Shown in pieces: positions 60,890-64,000 of a stretch of 64,000 nt of DNA. The stretch lies in NCBI GenBank assembly GCA_973895155.1, contig OZ316898.1:19665292-19729291 (forward strand). Direction: 5' to 3'. The stretch's first letter is position 1. Each line of letters starts with the position of its first letter. The stretch is from Marsupella aquatica. Its lineage: Eukaryota > Plantae > Marchantiophyta. Made by a program: the position numbers and the translations under genes. The notes under the pieces are model-generated. The model searched no databases, had not been told where the DNA came from, and saw nothing but the letters and a program-made list of their open reading frames with translations.

Positions 60890-62540
60890 CTGACCTTCGT
60901 ATAAAGCCCCTCCATTCCCAGTACAAACATGTAATATGGCCTTCCTGTAAAGCCTCTCCATTCCCAAGCTAGTCATTGTAAAGAAAGCTACAGACTGTGC
61001 ATTATCGCCCTCGTGGGTTTAGGGGTTGAGTGAAGGGTTTACAACTTGAACTCCCAGTACTTAATGCCATTTGTGAGATTCCCTTTGTATTTTTCAGGGC
61101 ATTCTGGGAGCACAATGCCGGGTCCAGACCTGGAGCAACTCTTTAGGAAGCTTCTCCTCTACTTTTACCAAAGTTAGAAAAATAAAAATATCCTGGGCTT
61201 TCAAGTGTAAGAAGGTCCTGTTTCTGGAGCATTATGGGCCTCTCAAAACTTGAGCAGAAGCTCTCAATTTTTGTAAACAGGACTTTACTGTCAGTATACA
61301 ACAACAACAAGTCTTAAATTATCTCTACTTTCTGCCTCCGGTCGCGGTCAGAGACATATTCCCGGGAAAAAAGTGGCGGACAAAAAAATGCATGTCTGCA
61401 CACTCCTGACCTATATATCCTGAAACTGATAGTTTTGGGTCAACTTTTTTTCCATGAGGTTTATGGTTTTGAGACTCCCTAATGTAATTTGGCCTTCCTG
61501 TAAGAGCGTCTACACAAGTTACTGGGCCCGTTACTGGGTTGGTCTACTATAATGCTAGGCTGACCAACCCCAGTAAGGTTCAACAAAAAAGGCAACCCCA
61601 ATGGGTTAATTTATGTAACTATTCACTTCTGATTACTGACATTGAAATTTTTGGTTACTGGATCTCTATATGAGCTGCTAATGCTATATATACCATTGAC
61701 TCCAATGATTAACATCCAAGTGTGCATATGTCAGGAGATACTAAAAAATCCAATAACCATTCATTGGGTTTGCTTTTTAACTTATCATCTTTGCTATATA
61801 CACTAATCCTTAAAAAAACAACCTTTTACGTTATATTTAATGTATATAGTAAGCAAATGGCGTCCACATTGGAGAAAATCTAAAGCCCTTTCCATTCCAA
61901 GTCACTTTGAGGAACTCTCCAATTAGGGAGTCTCAAAGCTTGGCCTTAACAAGATAAGGCCCTGCCATAACTCAAGTATTATGGGAACTCCCGTAAAAGT
62001 TATGGGAAAGCCCGCTGGCTCAACACTTGACCCGTAACTTCCCGCAACTTTAGGCAGAAATTTGGAAATCCAGGAAATCCAGGACTCTGGAACTCCGGAA
62101 AGACACGACTGAAAACATGTGGGAATTGCTCCTGACGTGATGATCGCTGCTGCATTTGAGGCGGCGGCTGAGCAAGAATTGAGGAGAAATAATATATGCT
62201 ATGAGGCAAGTGAGGCCATAACTCCTGCCTTATAGGGCAGGTCAAAGTTACCTCCCCCATTTTTAAAATTCTATATCTGGTCAAATAACTTGAGTTATAG
62301 AATATATCACTAATTTATATATCACTAATGATCCAGTTGAGACGCCCTAGTACTGCCTCCTTGGGTTTAGGGTTTCGAGTTGCAGGGTGTACTTCAATTC
62401 CCAGTACCAAAATGTAAGAACTGGTCTTCCTGTAAAGCCCCTCCCTCCATTTCCAGTCATTCTGAAGAAAGCCTTTGTACATTGCGGACATTACGGCCCT
62501 CTTGGGTTTAGGGTTTGGGGTTTGGAGCTGAAGGGTTTAC
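60890..62540 (+). repeat. Dispersed diverged copies of a promoter-like unit with telo-box (TTTAGGGTTT) upstream of SSB
   Basis: CTTCCTGTAAAGCC..TCCATT.CCA at about 60940 and 62425, with partial copies at about 60895, 61492 and 61881. TGGGTTTAGGG..T...GAAGGGTTTAC at about 61015 and 62503, and a telo-box at about 62365. Confidence 0.6.
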
Positions 62541-62896
62541 GTTTCGTTCTGTCGCCGAGCTCGGACTTCAAACGCCAGCTGAGCTTCAATTCAATTTGTG
62601 GATCTTGGCACCCTCGACCGGACATCACACCGAACATCGACAGATTATCGAGCTCGCAGCCAACCCGGTTCTTTGAAAAGGTGGATTCAGTTGAATGAGC
62701 ATTGGTAGATTCATGCGTGGGCCGTAGTTTGGTTTAATTTTAGGAGAGTGTTTGTGGGCGGTCTCTTGAATTCCAGATGCTGGATTTTGTTGTCTCCTTT
62801 TCACAGGATCTAATGGAGTAGTTGTTGTGTCCTGTACAATCACATTTTAGGCCGAGTGAGAAGCCTAGGAGCGAGGTGCTGGTTGGCAGACTGGTC

Positions 62897-63610
62897 ATGG
62901 CGTCTTTGGCTGCGAGAACGGCACACACCGTCTCTCGATCCTTGGCTGGAATTTCGAGGAGCGTGGGAGGGTCGTTGTCATCCAGTGTGTTGCAATACAG
63001 GAGCTATTCTGATGAGGGATTGGATGGTCGTGTCCCGCTAAGCCCAGAGCCCTCATCAGCAGCAGATCCAGTAGTGGAAGTCCCAAAGCCGGATGGATTT
63101 GGAGCAGAAAGACCGGTCTATGAAAGGAATGTATATCCACCGAGGAACTTTCGAACTCCTCGTGGAGTGTACAAGGCTATATTGTTGGGAGAAGTGGGTC
63201 AGCTTCCAATTCAGAAAATTCTGAAGAGTGGAAGGTCGGTCACAATTTTCTCGGTTGGCACCGGTGGGATGTATAATAATAGGAGGCCTTTTGAGGGAGA
63301 AACGCCTGAAGAGTTTGCGGAACGGAGTTACACTCAGTGGCACCGAGTAGCTGTGTATCAAGACAGAGTTGCATCGCTGGTCATGCAACATGTCAAAGTA
63401 GGGTCGCAGGTGTACTTGGAGGGAAATATTGAAAGCCGGGTCTATAATGATCCACACTCCGGAATCGTGAAGCGCATACGGGAAATTGCTATCCGAGCTA
63501 ATGGCCGGTTGATGTTCATGGATACCCCGATATCAAAAGTGGCAGCTCAACCTGCTGCTGAACATGTGCCACCTTCTGCACCTCCCTCAGCTGCACAAGC
63601 TGAAACTTGA
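62897..63610 (+). CDS. SSB: Organellar (probably mitochondrial) single-stranded DNA-binding protein, 237 aa
   Basis: S/R/A-rich transit-peptide-like N-terminus. OB-fold motifs GVYKAILLGEVGQ, FSVGTGG, TQWHRVAVY, KVGSQVYLEGNIESRVY and EIAIR. First ATG at 62897. Confidence 0.93.
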   Translation: MASLAARTAHTVSRSLAGISRSVGGSLSSSVLQYRSYSDEGLDGRVPLSPEPSSAADPVVEVPKPDGFGAERPVYERNVYPPRNFRTPRGVYKAILLGEVGQLPIQKILKSGRSVTIFSVGTGGMYNNRRPFEGETPEEFAERSYTQWHRVAVYQDRVASLVMQHVKVGSQVYLEGNIESRVYNDPHSGIVKRIREIAIRANGRLMFMDTPISKVAAQPAAEHVPPSAPPSAAQAET

Positions 63611-64000
63611 GGGACTGCACGTAGTTTGTTACAACTGACTTTTACACATTTAGATTTACGTCTACGATAGGGCAATTACTGATGACAGTCAAGTGTGGAA
63701 TACTGGTAAGGGCACATGTTCTTTGAGTTGCCCATATCAACGGCGAAAGGCTTAGTCCGAAAACCCTATTTCTTTCAAAGGCAAATTAACAGGCAAATAT
63801 TTTCAATTATCATGTGATTCTCATTGATACTGTCTCTCTTGGCCAACTGTTTTTAGTTGTTCACGTTTGCGGATTTAATTATCTTCCTTGATCTGTTCCC
63901 ATTCCTATTTAGGAGGGCTTTGTAGCGCGTTGGTTGTACAACGGGGCCCGTCAATTTCTGGATGGACGTATTGACGTGCTCTCGTTCGAGATACTTATTC

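Overview
Eukaryotic land-plant nuclear DNA with GT-AG introns. The gene and repeat style suggests a bryophyte such as a liverwort, which is an inference only. I can support nine protein-coding genes: a Q/N/G-rich protein with a CYSTM-like Cys tail, a stand-alone retropepsin lacking its catalytic Asp, an UNC93-like MFS transporter, an 11-exon ASCH-domain protein, an intronless kinase-less STRUBBELIG/SRF-type LRR receptor-like protein, a 13-exon SULTR sulfate transporter, an ACOT13-like hotdog-fold protein with a degenerate active site and long C-terminal extension, a spliced tandem-chromodomain protein, and an organellar SSB. Intergenic DNA holds two solo LTRs with target-site duplications, PIF/Harbinger MITEs, Helitron-like ends, tRNA-derived SINE heads and many short tandem duplications. 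The most interesting signals are: (1) two apparently domesticated Ty3/gypsy Pol-type modules (a dead retropepsin, and cage-less tandem chromodomains each followed by a conserved unnamed motif); (2) an ASCH gene whose C-terminus resembles bacterial polymorphic-toxin RNase tips, lying behind a 5x GAATATTC (P1BS/HSE-type) minisatellite; (3) several predicted pseudo-enzyme or decoy proteins. Exon models were derived by eye and are frame-consistent. No database searches were run.
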